Assembly (NCBI GenBank): GCA_040389905.1
Contig: JAZJZK010000012.1
Location: forward strand, 62,929 to 126,928
From: Gemmatimonadota bacterium
GTDB lineage: Bacteria; Gemmatimonadota; Gemmatimonadetes; Gemmatimonadales; Gemmatimonadaceae
Length of the DNA stretch: 64,000 nucleotides
Reading direction: 5' to 3'
Made by a program: the position numbers and the translations under genes. This document shows positions 38,196 to 48,887 of the stretch, in pieces. The first letter of the stretch is position 1. The number at the start of each line of letters is the position of its first letter. A model generated the notes under the pieces. The model did no database searches and was not told where the DNA came from. It worked only from the letters and a program-made list of their open reading frames with translations.

Positions 38196-40573
38196 GAATA
38201 TCGCGCTGGGTGATTGGGTGGATCGTCCTGATGCTCACACCGCTCGCGGCGAGTGCGCAGGTGCTTCGCGGACTGGTCGTGGATCGCACGGACCGGCCGG
38301 TGGGCGGCGTGATCGTGGTGCTCGTGGACAGTGCGTCGTCGGTCGCGGCCCGATCGTTGACCAACGAGCGCGGAGAGTACCGCCTCGCGGCCGGACGCGC
38401 CGGCGTTTTCACCGTCCGCACACTCCGCATCGGATTCCGCCCTGAAACGAGTGACCCGATCGCGCTGGCTGCTGGAGCAGACGTCACGAAGCGTATTACG
38501 CTGACCGGGGTCGCATTCGGGCTCGATACCCTTCGCGTGGTGAGCCAGAATGTGTGCCGCAACTTTTCACAGTCCGGTGCCGCGACCTACGCGGTGTGGG
38601 AACAGGTGCGCGGAGCGTTGACGGCTGCACAGCTGACCAGCAGCGCGCGCGCGATTGCGGTGACGTCGGTGCTGTTCGAGCGTTCGATGCTCGCCCGGAG
38701 CCGCCGCGTTCGCAAACAGTCGTCCCGCGTCCAGGTGGGTTTCGTTGCGCAACCGTGGGCCGCCTTGTCGCCCGACAGTCTTCACCGCACCGGCTATATC
38801 GCCAAAACACGCGATAACGAGACGATCTACTACGCCCCCGGTCTCGATATGCTGCTGTCGGACGTGTTCGTCGTCGACCACTGCTTTCGTCTCACCTCCG
38901 AGAAGGAGCGGCTTGGCGTGGTCTTCGAGCCGACGCGCGATCGCCGCAACGTGCCAGAGATTCGCGGAACGCTGTGGCTCGACCGTGCGACGTCCGAGCT
39001 TCGCTCGATGGAGCTGCGCTATGTGAACGTGGACTCGTATCAGGAAGACGCGGGCGCGGACATGGAGTTCGTGCGCTTCAAGGAAGGCGGGTGGGTCATC
39101 TCACGGTGGTCCATCCGCATGCCCGTGCTCGAACAGGTCGTTCGGCCACAACAGTATGGTGGAACGCAGATCCAAGTATCCGAGGTTTTTGTCACCGGCG
39201 GGGAGATCGTTCTCGCGCGGCGCGGTCAGGACACCCTCTGGGCGCAGCCACCACGTGTGCTCAGCGGACGCCTCGTGGACTCCCTGTCAGGCGACGACGT
39301 GTCGAATGCTCGCGTGAAACTGAGTGGCACCACACTCGAGGGCACGAGCGACGACCGAGGACGCTTTCACATCGGCGGCGTGCTTCCAGGCGAGTATACG
39401 GCGGAAGTCCGGACCGTGTCACTCGATTCCGTGAGTGCGGTGCATCAGGCTGATATCACCTTTACGGACGCTTCCGAAACGCACGAGATTCGCGTCCCAA
39501 CGGCGAAACAAATCACGGCGTCCGTCTGCGGGTCATCGGAGCAGACGCCGGGCATCGTCTTTGGTACGGTTCGCCTCCGGGGGGATTCGACGCCCCCGCG
39601 TGGGGCACTTGTCACCGCGCACTGGACGAACATTGGGCTCGCTGAATCGATCGTCGGGGTGAGCGTCACTCGTGATGTCAGACATCTCGACACGCGTGCA
39701 GACGCGCACGGACTCTTCCGGCTTTGCGGTGTTCCTGCGAGGACGGACCTCACCGTGATCGCGGGAACAGATTCCGCGGAGGGGGAACCGGTGTCTACGA
39801 GTATCCCGGTGTCGGGTGGGTTCGCGCGCGTGGAGCTTCCCATGCATCGCATTGCGCGAGCGCTTGCGATCTTCACCGGAACGGTCATGATCGATTCCAC
39901 GAAGCGGCCAATCGCCGGTGCGCAAGTGCTGTTTCCTGACCTCGGGATCTCCGCCACAACCAACGAGCGTGGAGAGTTCCGTGTCGCCGACGTTCCCGCG
40001 GGGACGCACAAGCTGTCCGTCCGCCAACTCGGGTTCGGACCGCTCGATGCACAGGTTACGCTGCTCTCCGGCCAACGGGTTGAGAAGAACGTGTACCTCT
40101 CGCGCGTGTCGACACTGGAAACGATGGCCGTCGTTGAGAACGCGCTCAATCCAAGCTTCGAGGAACACCGGCGCCTCGGACTCGGTAGCTTCCTCACGCG
40201 AGAGGACCTGGCAAAGCACGACGGCGCGGCCTTGGCTGGCGCGCTCGCGAATCTGCGCGGCATTCAGCTCGTGTCCGGAACGGGCGGGCACGTCGCCGTT
40301 GCGAATACGCGAGTTCACACCTTTGGCGGTAGTGACTTGAAGTCCGACACGCGCCGCGGCTTCAAGCTCGCGTGCTACGCGCACGTGTACGTCGACAACC
40401 TGCCCGTTTACACGGGTCGTGACGGGCAGGACATCGTGGACCTCATGGAGTATCCACCCGAGCGCATTCAATCGATCGAGTTCTATTCCAATCCAGCCCA
40501 AACGCCCGCGAAGTACAGTGCGCTGAATTCCTCGTGCGGCGTCATCGTCATCTGGACGAGGGGGTTGAAGTAG
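38192..40573 (+). CDS. Secreted multi-CarboxypepD_reg protein with C-terminal plug-like domain, no barrel (paralog A)
   Basis: ATG overlaps the upstream stop (ATGA); signal ASA-Q; LRIGFRP; YYAPG..LLSD.F..DHCF; FEEHRRLGLGSFLTREDL...IEFY...CGVIVIWTR. Confidence 0.85.
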   Translation: MRISRWVIGWIVLMLTPLAASAQVLRGLVVDRTDRPVGGVIVVLVDSASSVAARSLTNERGEYRLAAGRAGVFTVRTLRIGFRPETSDPIALAAGADVTKRITLTGVAFGLDTLRVVSQNVCRNFSQSGAATYAVWEQVRGALTAAQLTSSARAIAVTSVLFERSMLARSRRVRKQSSRVQVGFVAQPWAALSPDSLHRTGYIAKTRDNETIYYAPGLDMLLSDVFVVDHCFRLTSEKERLGVVFEPTRDRRNVPEIRGTLWLDRATSELRSMELRYVNVDSYQEDAGADMEFVRFKEGGWVISRWSIRMPVLEQVVRPQQYGGTQIQVSEVFVTGGEIVLARRGQDTLWAQPPRVLSGRLVDSLSGDDVSNARVKLSGTTLEGTSDDRGRFHIGGVLPGEYTAEVRTVSLDSVSAVHQADITFTDASETHEIRVPTAKQITASVCGSSEQTPGIVFGTVRLRGDSTPPRGALVTAHWTNIGLAESIVGVSVTRDVRHLDTRADAHGLFRLCGVPARTDLTVIAGTDSAEGEPVSTSIPVSGGFARVELPMHRIARALAIFTGTVMIDSTKRPIAGAQVLFPDLGISATTNERGEFRVADVPAGTHKLSVRQLGFGPLDAQVTLLSGQRVEKNVYLSRVSTLETMAVVENALNPSFEEHRRLGLGSFLTREDLAKHDGAALAGALANLRGIQLVSGTGGHVAVANTRVHTFGGSDLKSDTRRGFKLACYAHVYVDNLPVYTGRDGQDIVDLMEYPPERIQSIEFYSNPAQTPAKYSALNSSCGVIVIWTRGLK

Positions 40574-40574
40574 G

Positions 40575-42971
40575 ATGCAACGCCGAGGGAGCGCCTCTTG
40601 CGCAGCGCTTTTGCTCGCGCCGGCGCTGCTGACGGCGCAATCGCTGCGCGGCCTCGTCGTCGATGGATCGGGTGCTCCCGTTGTGGGTGTCGTCGTTCAG
40701 ATGACGGACAGCACTGCGACGACCGTTTTCTCGCGCGTGCTGAGCAATGCGCGAGGCGAATACCGGCTCGTGGCTCCTGCGGCGGGGAGCTATCGCGTAC
40801 GAACGCTTCGCATCGGCTTTCGCCCACTCGTCTCCGATGCGGTGACGCTGGCCGCCGGCCAGGAAGTCACCCAGCGTCTCACGGTCGACGGGGTCGTCTT
40901 CGCACTGGATACGGTGCGAGTCATCGGCCGAAACAGCTGCCGGTCGTTCGGCGACGCGGGTGCGTCCACCTTCGCAGTGTGGGAGCAGGTTCGCACGGCG
41001 CTGACCAACGCGCAGATGACGGTCGGTGCGCGAAGCATTTCAGCAACCACGGTGTCGTTCGCACGTACGTTGGAGCCAGACCTCCGACGAGTGCGAGACC
41101 AGCGCATGCAGGTGCGCACGGACTTCGTCGCGCAACCGTGGGTCGGCATCACACCCGATAGCCTTCATCGCGTCGGATACGTCACGACCGACGCGGAGAA
41201 CGCAACGAACTATTACGCGCCGGGATTCGAGGTGCTGTTGTCCGACATATTCGTCACCGACCATTGCTTCAAGTTGCGACGCGACGACAAGCGGCTCGGC
41301 ATCGAGTTCGAGCCGGCACCTGAACGGAAGGACATTGCGGACCTTCGAGGAACGCTGTGGCTCGACCGTGCAACGGCAGAGCTGAGGCGACTGGAATTCC
41401 GGTACGTCAACGTGTCGTTCGAGCAGGAAGACAATGCGCGCGGCGAGATGGATTTCGTCCGCATGAGGGATGGTGGCTTCGCCATCGCTCGGTGGAGCAT
41501 TCGGATGCCCGTCCTCGAGCTCGACATCAGGCGCGGAGCGCGGAACGGCGCGGGAACACGCATTACCGCAATTCGATTCAGTGGCGGAGAACTGTCACTC
41601 GCTCGGCGAGGAGCTGACACGCTCTGGTCACGCACCCCACTCGTAGTCACCGGTGTCGTGATGGATTCACTGGCGGGGACTCCGCTGCGTGGCGCATACG
41701 TCGCTCTGATGGGTACGCAGCTCGGCGCGGTGTCGGATGATGACGGCCGCTTCTCGATGTCCGGCGTGATTCCCGGAGAGTACACGGTGCAGGTGAGCAC
41801 TGCGTCGCTCGACTCTGTCGGCGCCATTCATCAATCGACGATCGCGGTCACGGATGGTGCGACACCCGCACGCATTCGTGTTCCGACGGCGAGCCAACTC
41901 GCGGCAACGCTGTGCGGCTCAACCGCTCGCAAGGCGACGGGCATAGTATTCGGCCAACTTCAGGGTGTGCGGGGCGCGTCCAATTCGGATGGCGCCGAAG
42001 TGACCGCCGATTGGACCGAAGTGACACTCGGCGGCGCGAGCGCTCCGGCGCCACGCCACGTCTCCGTCCGGCCGAATGCAACGGGTCAATTTCGCGTCTG
42101 CGACGTTCCACTCGGCATCGCAATCACAATACGGGCAAGCTCCGATAGCTCGGGCGCCGACCCACTCGAGATTCGCATCCCGCCCGACGGTCGCTTCATC
42201 AGGGCCGATGTGTTGCTCGATAAGCCAGCACCCGCCATCGGTGTGTTCGCAGGAATGGTGCTGGCAGACTCGGGCAAGATCCCCATTGCCGACGTCGAAG
42301 TCACATTCCCCGACCTGGCGAGGAGCGCGACCACCAACGAGCGCGGCGCATTTCGTATCGGCGAGATCCCCCGCGGCACTCACCGCGTGCTCGCGCGACG
42401 CTTCGGCTATGGCCCGCTCGACACGAAAATCGAGATCGGTGCGCGACAGACCGTCGTTCGACAGATCCTCTTGTCGCGCGTCGTCACGCTCAATCCTGTT
42501 GCCGTGACCGAACGCGCGGTACTCCCCCTGTTCGAAGAACACCGGCGAATGGGGCTTGGGCAGTTTCTTACGCGCGAGGATCTGGCGAAGCAGGAAGGCC
42601 GGACGATGTCGGCAGTACTGACCTCACTTCGCGGTCTGCAGATCAGGAAAGGCGTCTCGAATTACGCGTGGGTCATTTCGAATCGTGGCGTTCGCGCCGG
42701 CGCGGGGCAGGCGACGTTCGACATCTTCGACTTGAAGAAAGGCGCGAAACCGGGGTGCTATGCTCAGGTGTATATCGATCGGAACATGGTCTACCGCGCG
42801 CGCACGGCTTCACCGAGCAACCCTGAGCCGTTGTTCGATATCAACTCTATCAAGGTCGAATCGATCGAGGCCATAGAATACTACGCTGGTCCGTCACAGA
42901 CACCGATGGAGTATGGCGGGGCCGATTCCATTTGCGGCGTTCTCGTCATCCACACTCGCCGCACGCCCTGA
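40575..42971 (+). CDS. Secreted multi-CarboxypepD_reg protein with C-terminal plug-like domain (paralog B)
   Basis: Colinear with paralog A; FEEHRRMGLGQFLTREDL...CYAQVYID...IEAIEYY...CGVLVIHTR. Confidence 0.85.
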   Translation: MQRRGSASCAALLLAPALLTAQSLRGLVVDGSGAPVVGVVVQMTDSTATTVFSRVLSNARGEYRLVAPAAGSYRVRTLRIGFRPLVSDAVTLAAGQEVTQRLTVDGVVFALDTVRVIGRNSCRSFGDAGASTFAVWEQVRTALTNAQMTVGARSISATTVSFARTLEPDLRRVRDQRMQVRTDFVAQPWVGITPDSLHRVGYVTTDAENATNYYAPGFEVLLSDIFVTDHCFKLRRDDKRLGIEFEPAPERKDIADLRGTLWLDRATAELRRLEFRYVNVSFEQEDNARGEMDFVRMRDGGFAIARWSIRMPVLELDIRRGARNGAGTRITAIRFSGGELSLARRGADTLWSRTPLVVTGVVMDSLAGTPLRGAYVALMGTQLGAVSDDDGRFSMSGVIPGEYTVQVSTASLDSVGAIHQSTIAVTDGATPARIRVPTASQLAATLCGSTARKATGIVFGQLQGVRGASNSDGAEVTADWTEVTLGGASAPAPRHVSVRPNATGQFRVCDVPLGIAITIRASSDSSGADPLEIRIPPDGRFIRADVLLDKPAPAIGVFAGMVLADSGKIPIADVEVTFPDLARSATTNERGAFRIGEIPRGTHRVLARRFGYGPLDTKIEIGARQTVVRQILLSRVVTLNPVAVTERAVLPLFEEHRRMGLGQFLTREDLAKQEGRTMSAVLTSLRGLQIRKGVSNYAWVISNRGVRAGAGQATFDIFDLKKGAKPGCYAQVYIDRNMVYRARTASPSNPEPLFDINSIKVESIEAIEYYAGPSQTPMEYGGADSICGVLVIHTRRTP

Positions 42972-44921
42972 CTACGGGGCTCTCGGGTCCTCTATGGATT
43001 CGAGCGCTCGTCGGGCTTGCTCGAGCCCTTGATCGAGTTCCAGCGCGCGGTTGAGATAGACGCGCGCCTCGGTGCGTTTGCGCGCAATCAGCATTGCCCG
43101 GCCGGCCATCACATAGGCGCCAACCGTGTCACCGGCATTCGACGTGGCCGACGCCGCCGTCTTGACTGCGTCGGCCGTGCGACCCGTCTGTGCGTACGCG
43201 GCGCTCAGCAGCGCCAATCCGAGCGCGCTCGGCTCCGCCGATGCGGCGGGTTCGAGGTACCTGAGCGCGACACTGCCCTTGCCCTGCCCCACGAGCAGGT
43301 CACCGAGGGACCACAGAAGCCGCCGGTCCGCGCCACCCAACCGGTCCACGTACGGCATGGCCGCTTCCGCCGACCCTCGCGCGACGTATGCGCGCGCGAG
43401 TCCGTCGACCGCATCGAGATTGCTCGGCCGCAGCCGCGCTGCGTGCCCGTACGCGTCGATCGCCTCATCCCACCGAGATTGCACGAACGACAGCAATCCC
43501 AACGTCTGCCATGCGGCGAAATAGGTCGAATCGATTTCGATGGCCTTTCGAAAGTATCCCGTCGCCTCCGCAAATCGCTCGGGACCGCTTTCGAACAGTG
43601 ACATCCCGGCGCCCACGTAGGCCCGCGGGTTCGACGGCGCCTTGGCGATCGTGTCGCGGTGCAACGCGTCCGGGTCCGCGTACGTGAGGCCACGGGCGAA
43701 CGTGCACCCCATCAACACGACGACGAGCGATGCCGCGAGGATGCCGTGCAGCTGTGGCTTCAGGCGCCAGGCCTTCGCAAGGCGCTCGAGCGTGAGCACG
43801 ACGAGGAGAAACACGGCCGCACTCGCCAGATAGATGCGACGCTCCGCGGCGATCTCGGTGCTGATGGGAACGAAACTCGACGACGGCGCGAGAATGAGAA
43901 AGAACCATGCGCCCACGAAGCCGGCCCACAGAACGCGAGGCTTCGTCCATGCGATCACGGTCGCAATGCCGCACGCAGCGAGCAGCACGAGGCCAGGCAC
44001 AGCGCGTGCGCCCGTAATCGGTGCCTCGCCATAGTCGAACGTCAGACCATTCGGCCACGCGATGAGCCGGAGATAGTGCGCGATCGCCCACATCTGCGAG
44101 GAGAAGTACTGGTACGACGAGAGGCCAAGGTGCGTGCCGACGCTGTCGCTGCGTGCGTTTGCCGCCACCGCCATGAAGACGAGCCCCGCGACGACGATGA
44201 GCGCCGCGTAGAACGCGAGTCGCGCACTGCCGAGCAGCGATCGCCACGACGTCGTTCGAAAGGCCCGGTCATACAGCACGACGAGGATGGGCGCCGTCAC
44301 CATGACTTCCTTGCTCGCCATACCGACCGCCATCAGAACGATCGCCAGTGCGTACCAGAAGAAGCGCAGCTCGCCCTTGGCATCCCACGCTCGCATCGAA
44401 GCGTAGAGCACGCCCAGATAGCACGCCGAAACAATCAGCTCCGTACGCTGAATGACGTAGTCCACGGCCTCCGTTTGGATCGGGTGCAGAAGCCAGAGCA
44501 ACGTCGTGAGGCCGGAGATCACCGTGGCATCTGCGGTATCGCCACGCATGCTGGTGAGCGTTCGCCGCAGCAACGCGAACAGCAGCATGCCGCAGACGAG
44601 GTGAACGAGCACGTTGAGCGCGTGATAGCCGATGGTGCCGTTCCGCCCGCGCTGGTCGACGCCGAACGCGTCGTTGATGGCGTAGTTCAGCGCCAGCGAC
44701 AGGTTGACGACCGGACGCCCGGATACCGACGTGCTGGGCGGTGGTGAAAACGGCACCGCGATGGGCGTCAACTGTCGAATCGATGCGTTCCGCCTGATGG
44801 CGGACAGGTCATCGAATTCGAACGGCGCTCGAACTGCGGATGAGAACGCGATGATGGTCGTTACGACGAACGTGACGACCCACACTCGCGGAGAGTACCA
44901 GGGGAATGCCTTCTGACTCAC
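42972..44921 (-). CDS. TMTC-like GT-C glycosyltransferase with C-terminal TPRs (copy 1)
   Basis: PFEFDD..I..N, RP, YHALNVLVH, LHPIQTEAVDYVIQRTE, SKE, AAERRIYLA, TPRs; GTG start 44921, 1 nt after the upstream stop. Confidence 0.85.
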   Translation of the reverse strand: MSQKAFPWYSPRVWVVTFVVTTIIAFSSAVRAPFEFDDLSAIRRNASIRQLTPIAVPFSPPPSTSVSGRPVVNLSLALNYAINDAFGVDQRGRNGTIGYHALNVLVHLVCGMLLFALLRRTLTSMRGDTADATVISGLTTLLWLLHPIQTEAVDYVIQRTELIVSACYLGVLYASMRAWDAKGELRFFWYALAIVLMAVGMASKEVMVTAPILVVLYDRAFRTTSWRSLLGSARLAFYAALIVVAGLVFMAVAANARSDSVGTHLGLSSYQYFSSQMWAIAHYLRLIAWPNGLTFDYGEAPITGARAVPGLVLLAACGIATVIAWTKPRVLWAGFVGAWFFLILAPSSSFVPISTEIAAERRIYLASAAVFLLVVLTLERLAKAWRLKPQLHGILAASLVVVLMGCTFARGLTYADPDALHRDTIAKAPSNPRAYVGAGMSLFESGPERFAEATGYFRKAIEIDSTYFAAWQTLGLLSFVQSRWDEAIDAYGHAARLRPSNLDAVDGLARAYVARGSAEAAMPYVDRLGGADRRLLWSLGDLLVGQGKGSVALRYLEPAASAEPSALGLALLSAAYAQTGRTADAVKTAASATSNAGDTVGAYVMAGRAMLIARKRTEARVYLNRALELDQGLEQARRALESIEDPRAP

Positions 44922-44922
44922 C

Positions 44923-46872
44923 TTACGGTTCCACGATTTCGATAACGGAGCCGTTTGCGGCGGGGCCAGCGATCGACTGCGACTTGCCTGAGGGCCAGCG
45001 CACCTCGATCGAGGCTGCGCGTGTCGCGTCGCCAAGACCGAAGTAGAGCGGGCCGTCGCTCAGCGAGAGGTAGCCCGACTTCCCGTCCATCCCCTTGAGG
45101 ATGCGGCGGCCATCTGGCAGAACGACGGTCACCTGCGCACCGAGCCCCTGCCGATTGGAGCGCGTCCCTCGCAACCTGACCTTGATGACGTTGATCTTCT
45201 TCTTGGTCGAGAGGTCGCTGATCAGGATCTGCGGCGCGGCATTGAATTCGTTGGTGACGATGTCGAGGTCACCATCGCCGTCGAGATCGAGCAGGAGCGA
45301 CGACCGCGTCCCGCGAGCGCCCATGATCGTGTACTTGTCGCTCCCCTCGTCGTGGCAACCCTTTGCCTGCGCCTCGGGGCCCTTGCAGTAGCCGCAATAA
45401 AGGTGGGATTTGTCGGCGCCATTGCAGTCGATGGTGAACCACGGCTGCTCGGTCGCGCCCGCCGCACGTGGTTCCACGCCGACGATGAATTCACTCGGCA
45501 GGAAATGCTTTCCCGACTCGTTGAGGAGCACCGAGTTCACGGCGTAGCGAAAGGGAAAATTCATGCTGTTCGCGACGAAGAGATCGTCCCACCCATCGGC
45601 GTTGAGATCGTCCGCGCTGGGGCCCCACGGCCAGTAGGTTTCGACGCCCGCCGCGTCGGAGACCTCCTCGTAGGTGTTGTCGCCCTTCCCCGAACCGCGA
45701 TTGGCGAAGAGCGCGTTGCCGAACATGGAATGCACGTGTCGGTCCGGGAACAGATCGGCGGGCATGAGGTTGGGGTCGGACTTCTGCGCCTCACCAGCCC
45801 ATTCCCCCACCTTGATGTCCTTGAACATGTCCGAGTGCATGTCCGTGACATACAGGTCGAGCTGACCGTCGCCGTTGTAGTCGAAGACCTTGGCGCCCAT
45901 GGCACCCCACGGCGTCTTGGGAAAGTATGTGTCGGTCGCGTCGCGAAAGGTCTTGCCGTCCTTGTTCAGCCACAGGTGGTTCTGACCCTGCATGTCGAGC
46001 AGATACAGGTCCGGTCGGCCGTCGTTGTTCGCGTCAAGCACCACCGCATCCCCACTCCAGCTGAAGTCGACCAGTTCACTCTCCTGGGTGACGTCGGCGA
46101 ACTTGCCGCCACCGAGATTGTGGTACAGGATGCTGGCCTCGGCGCGATCTGGAAACGTGTGCCCATGAAATGCATCGCGCAGTCCGATGTAGTATCCACC
46201 GGGGCCGAGATCCTCCGTGGTATACGTTCCCACATTGGCCACGAAGAGATCGAGCAGCCCATCGCCGTCGTAGTCGAAGAAGACGGCGCCGGACGAGTGG
46301 CCCGAGAATTGGACGCCTGCGGCGGCCGTCGTTTCCGCGAACTTGCCGCCGCCCACGTTGTGATACAGGTGATTTCCATGACGCACCGTGGTCACGAACA
46401 GGTCGGGGCGACCGTCATTGTCGATGTCGGCGAAGGCACATCCGACGCCGATGGCGTCGTTCGAGCGAAGGCCGGCGGCGTCCGTGATGTTGGAGAACGT
46501 GCCCCCTCCCTGGTTTCGCCATAGCTCGCTCGAGCCGCGCTGCGTCACGAAGTAGAGATCGGACAACCCATCGCCATCCACGTCGCCGGTGCAAATTCCG
46601 GTGCCGTGATCATAATGGACGGCCTTGTAGTCCCGGCCGGCGTCATCCACAATCTGGTTGACGAACGTGATCCCGCTTTCACGGACACGATCGGCGAACG
46701 CAAAATCGTGAAAAGCGGGGGATTTCTCAGCGAGCGTTCGCTCCTCACGCGTACGGTCGGCGACCCACGCCGGGAGAGGTTGTGTATCGTGGCCGGCGGC
46801 CTGACAGCCCACAGCGGGCAGGAGTGCAACGAGCAGCAAGCGCGAGACGCGCGATAATTCGACGTATGCCAT
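44923..46872 (-). CDS. CRTAC1-like FG-GAP propeller + ASPIC/UnbV lipoprotein
   Basis: PAVGC lipobox; repeated DxDGDG/DxNNDG; SNRQGLGAQV...GYLSLS...FGLG...EVRWPSG. Confidence 0.9.
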   Translation of the reverse strand: MAYVELSRVSRLLLVALLPAVGCQAAGHDTQPLPAWVADRTREERTLAEKSPAFHDFAFADRVRESGITFVNQIVDDAGRDYKAVHYDHGTGICTGDVDGDGLSDLYFVTQRGSSELWRNQGGGTFSNITDAAGLRSNDAIGVGCAFADIDNDGRPDLFVTTVRHGNHLYHNVGGGKFAETTAAAGVQFSGHSSGAVFFDYDGDGLLDLFVANVGTYTTEDLGPGGYYIGLRDAFHGHTFPDRAEASILYHNLGGGKFADVTQESELVDFSWSGDAVVLDANNDGRPDLYLLDMQGQNHLWLNKDGKTFRDATDTYFPKTPWGAMGAKVFDYNGDGQLDLYVTDMHSDMFKDIKVGEWAGEAQKSDPNLMPADLFPDRHVHSMFGNALFANRGSGKGDNTYEEVSDAAGVETYWPWGPSADDLNADGWDDLFVANSMNFPFRYAVNSVLLNESGKHFLPSEFIVGVEPRAAGATEQPWFTIDCNGADKSHLYCGYCKGPEAQAKGCHDEGSDKYTIMGARGTRSSLLLDLDGDGDLDIVTNEFNAAPQILISDLSTKKKINVIKVRLRGTRSNRQGLGAQVTVVLPDGRRILKGMDGKSGYLSLSDGPLYFGLGDATRAASIEVRWPSGKSQSIAGPAANGSVIEIVEP

Positions 46873-46976
46873 GACTCATGAAGAAAGTTGACCAGCGCTT
46901 CCTCATGTCTACGCAGAGCGCCCTGTGAGTGATGCATGTCGCCAGCGTGATGGTACGATCGTACATTATCGGCATC

Positions 46977-48887
46977 ATGCCCAGGCAACGGCGGAGTCCC
47001 CGCGATCGCACGCGCACATCGCATACCTTCAGACCCGATCGTTCTGTACTCGAACGGCTCTCGTGGCTGTTTCCACTCCTCGTCGCGGGAATCACGTTCA
47101 TCGCGTTCTTCCCGGCGCTGCGCAACGGCTTCGTCGTCTGGGACGACGACAAGAACTTCCTCAACAATCCGCATTACAGGGGCCTTGGCCTCACCCAGCT
47201 GCACTGGATGTGGACCACCGCTGCCCTTGGACACTACGTACCGCTCTCGTGGATGACGCTCGGTCTCGATTTCGAGATCTGGGGCATGCAACCGCTGGGC
47301 TACCACCTGACGAACATCCTGCTCCATTGCGCGAATGCCGTGCTCGTCTACTACGTGTGCATGCGGCTGATTCGGTATGCGCGCCTCAGGAAGGGTGACG
47401 AGTGGTCGCTGGTCGTTGGTTCGACGTTCGCGGCGCTGCTCTTCGCGGTGCATCCTCTCCGCGTCGAGTCCGTCGTCTGGGTCACGGAGCGCCGGGACGT
47501 CCTCTCCATGCTGTTTTTCCTCGGGAGCCTGCTTTCGTACCTGCGGGCCGCCCGCGCGCGCACGGCGAGGCGAGGCGCCTACTGGCTCTCTGTTGTGCTG
47601 TTCGCGTGCGCGCTGCTCTCGAAGGCCACCGCCATGGTGCTCCCCGCGGTCCTGATCGTCCTCGAAATCTATCCGCTCAGGAAGCTCGGGAACGCCCTGC
47701 CGTCGAAGGATGTCACGCCGAAGCGCATCTACCTCGACCTAGTGCCCTTCGTGCTACTCTCCGGCGCGGGCATGATCCTCTCGACCTTCGCCCTCCACCG
47801 GCCGGCGCAGCTTCCGCATACGGGCAAGATCGCCGTCTCGGCGTATAGCCTGTGCTTCTATCTGCTGAAGACGTTCGTGCCGATCGATTTGTCGCCGCTT
47901 TACCAGATGCCGCTTCAGGTCAACCCGCTGGCGTCACAATACGTGGCCAGCTACCTCGGCGTGGTGGCGCTCATGCTGGCGGCATTGGCTGCGCAGCGGC
48001 GTTTTCCGGCAGTTCCGGCTGCCATCTTCGCCTTCATCGCCGCCACGCTGCCGATGCTCGGCGTCGTGCAGAATGGGCCGCAGATCACCGCTGACCGTTA
48101 CACCTACTTTGCGGCGCCGGCGCTTTCCATCCTCGTGGGCGCCACCATGACGCTCGAAGGCCTGGCACCCCGCGTCCTTCGGATCGCCAGCACACTCGCC
48201 GTCATCGTGCTGGGCTATCTCACCTGGCAGCAGAGCAAGGTGTGGCATGATACCGGCTCATTGTGGGCACAGGCGCTCCTCGTCGATGACAAGTCCTCCA
48301 TTGCGCACAGCGCATGGGCAAGTCACGTGAGCAAACAGGGGCGTATCGCGGAAGCACTGGAGCACAGCCAACTCGCCGTGGCCCTCTCGCCCGGAGACCC
48401 CGAAGCGCACAACGCGCTGGGCGTTGCATTGGCGCGGCAAGGCAAGGTCGACGAGGCGATCCCGCATTTCCAGCGCGCCTTGGCGATCAAGCCGTGGCTG
48501 GATGAAGCGGAGAACAACTGGGGCGTCGCCGTCGCGCAGCAGAACGACCTGGCCGGTGCGATCGAGCACTATCGGCGCGCCGCGGCGCTCAACCCCGACA
48601 ATCCGGAAGTGCACGTGAACTGGGGGAACGCGCTCGTCCGCATGTCGGAACCCGACGAGGCAATTGGGCACTATCAGGAAACACTTCGCATTCGCCCACA
48701 AGACGCGGATGCGGAGCACAATTGGGGCGTCGCGCTCGCCAGGCAGAACGAGTACGAGGAAGCCATCGGCCACTTCCGCCGCGCTCTGATGACGAACCCG
48801 ATGCATGGGGACACGCGGGAGTATCTCGAGCGGGCGACGCAATTGCTTCAGGAACAATCAGCCAAGACAGCGCCGGCGAAACCGTAA
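46977..48887 (+). CDS. TMTC-like GT-C glycosyltransferase with about 6 TPRs (copy 2)
   Basis: GFVVWDDD....NP, YVPL, GYHLTNILLH, VHPLRVESVVWVTERRDVL, LLSKA, ADRYTY, WHDTGSLW, clear TPRs; start taken at ATG 46977. Confidence 0.9.
   Translation: MPRQRRSPRDRTRTSHTFRPDRSVLERLSWLFPLLVAGITFIAFFPALRNGFVVWDDDKNFLNNPHYRGLGLTQLHWMWTTAALGHYVPLSWMTLGLDFEIWGMQPLGYHLTNILLHCANAVLVYYVCMRLIRYARLRKGDEWSLVVGSTFAALLFAVHPLRVESVVWVTERRDVLSMLFFLGSLLSYLRAARARTARRGAYWLSVVLFACALLSKATAMVLPAVLIVLEIYPLRKLGNALPSKDVTPKRIYLDLVPFVLLSGAGMILSTFALHRPAQLPHTGKIAVSAYSLCFYLLKTFVPIDLSPLYQMPLQVNPLASQYVASYLGVVALMLAALAAQRRFPAVPAAIFAFIAATLPMLGVVQNGPQITADRYTYFAAPALSILVGATMTLEGLAPRVLRIASTLAVIVLGYLTWQQSKVWHDTGSLWAQALLVDDKSSIAHSAWASHVSKQGRIAEALEHSQLAVALSPGDPEAHNALGVALARQGKVDEAIPHFQRALAIKPWLDEAENNWGVAVAQQNDLAGAIEHYRRAAALNPDNPEVHVNWGNALVRMSEPDEAIGHYQETLRIRPQDADAEHNWGVALARQNEYEEAIGHFRRALMTNPMHGDTREYLERATQLLQEQSAKTAPAKP

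Noticed and set aside
31835..46872. UnbV domains suggesting an enediyne biosynthetic cluster
   Set aside because: No PKSE, thioesterase or other enediyne cassette genes; ASPIC/UnbV is widespread in surface proteins
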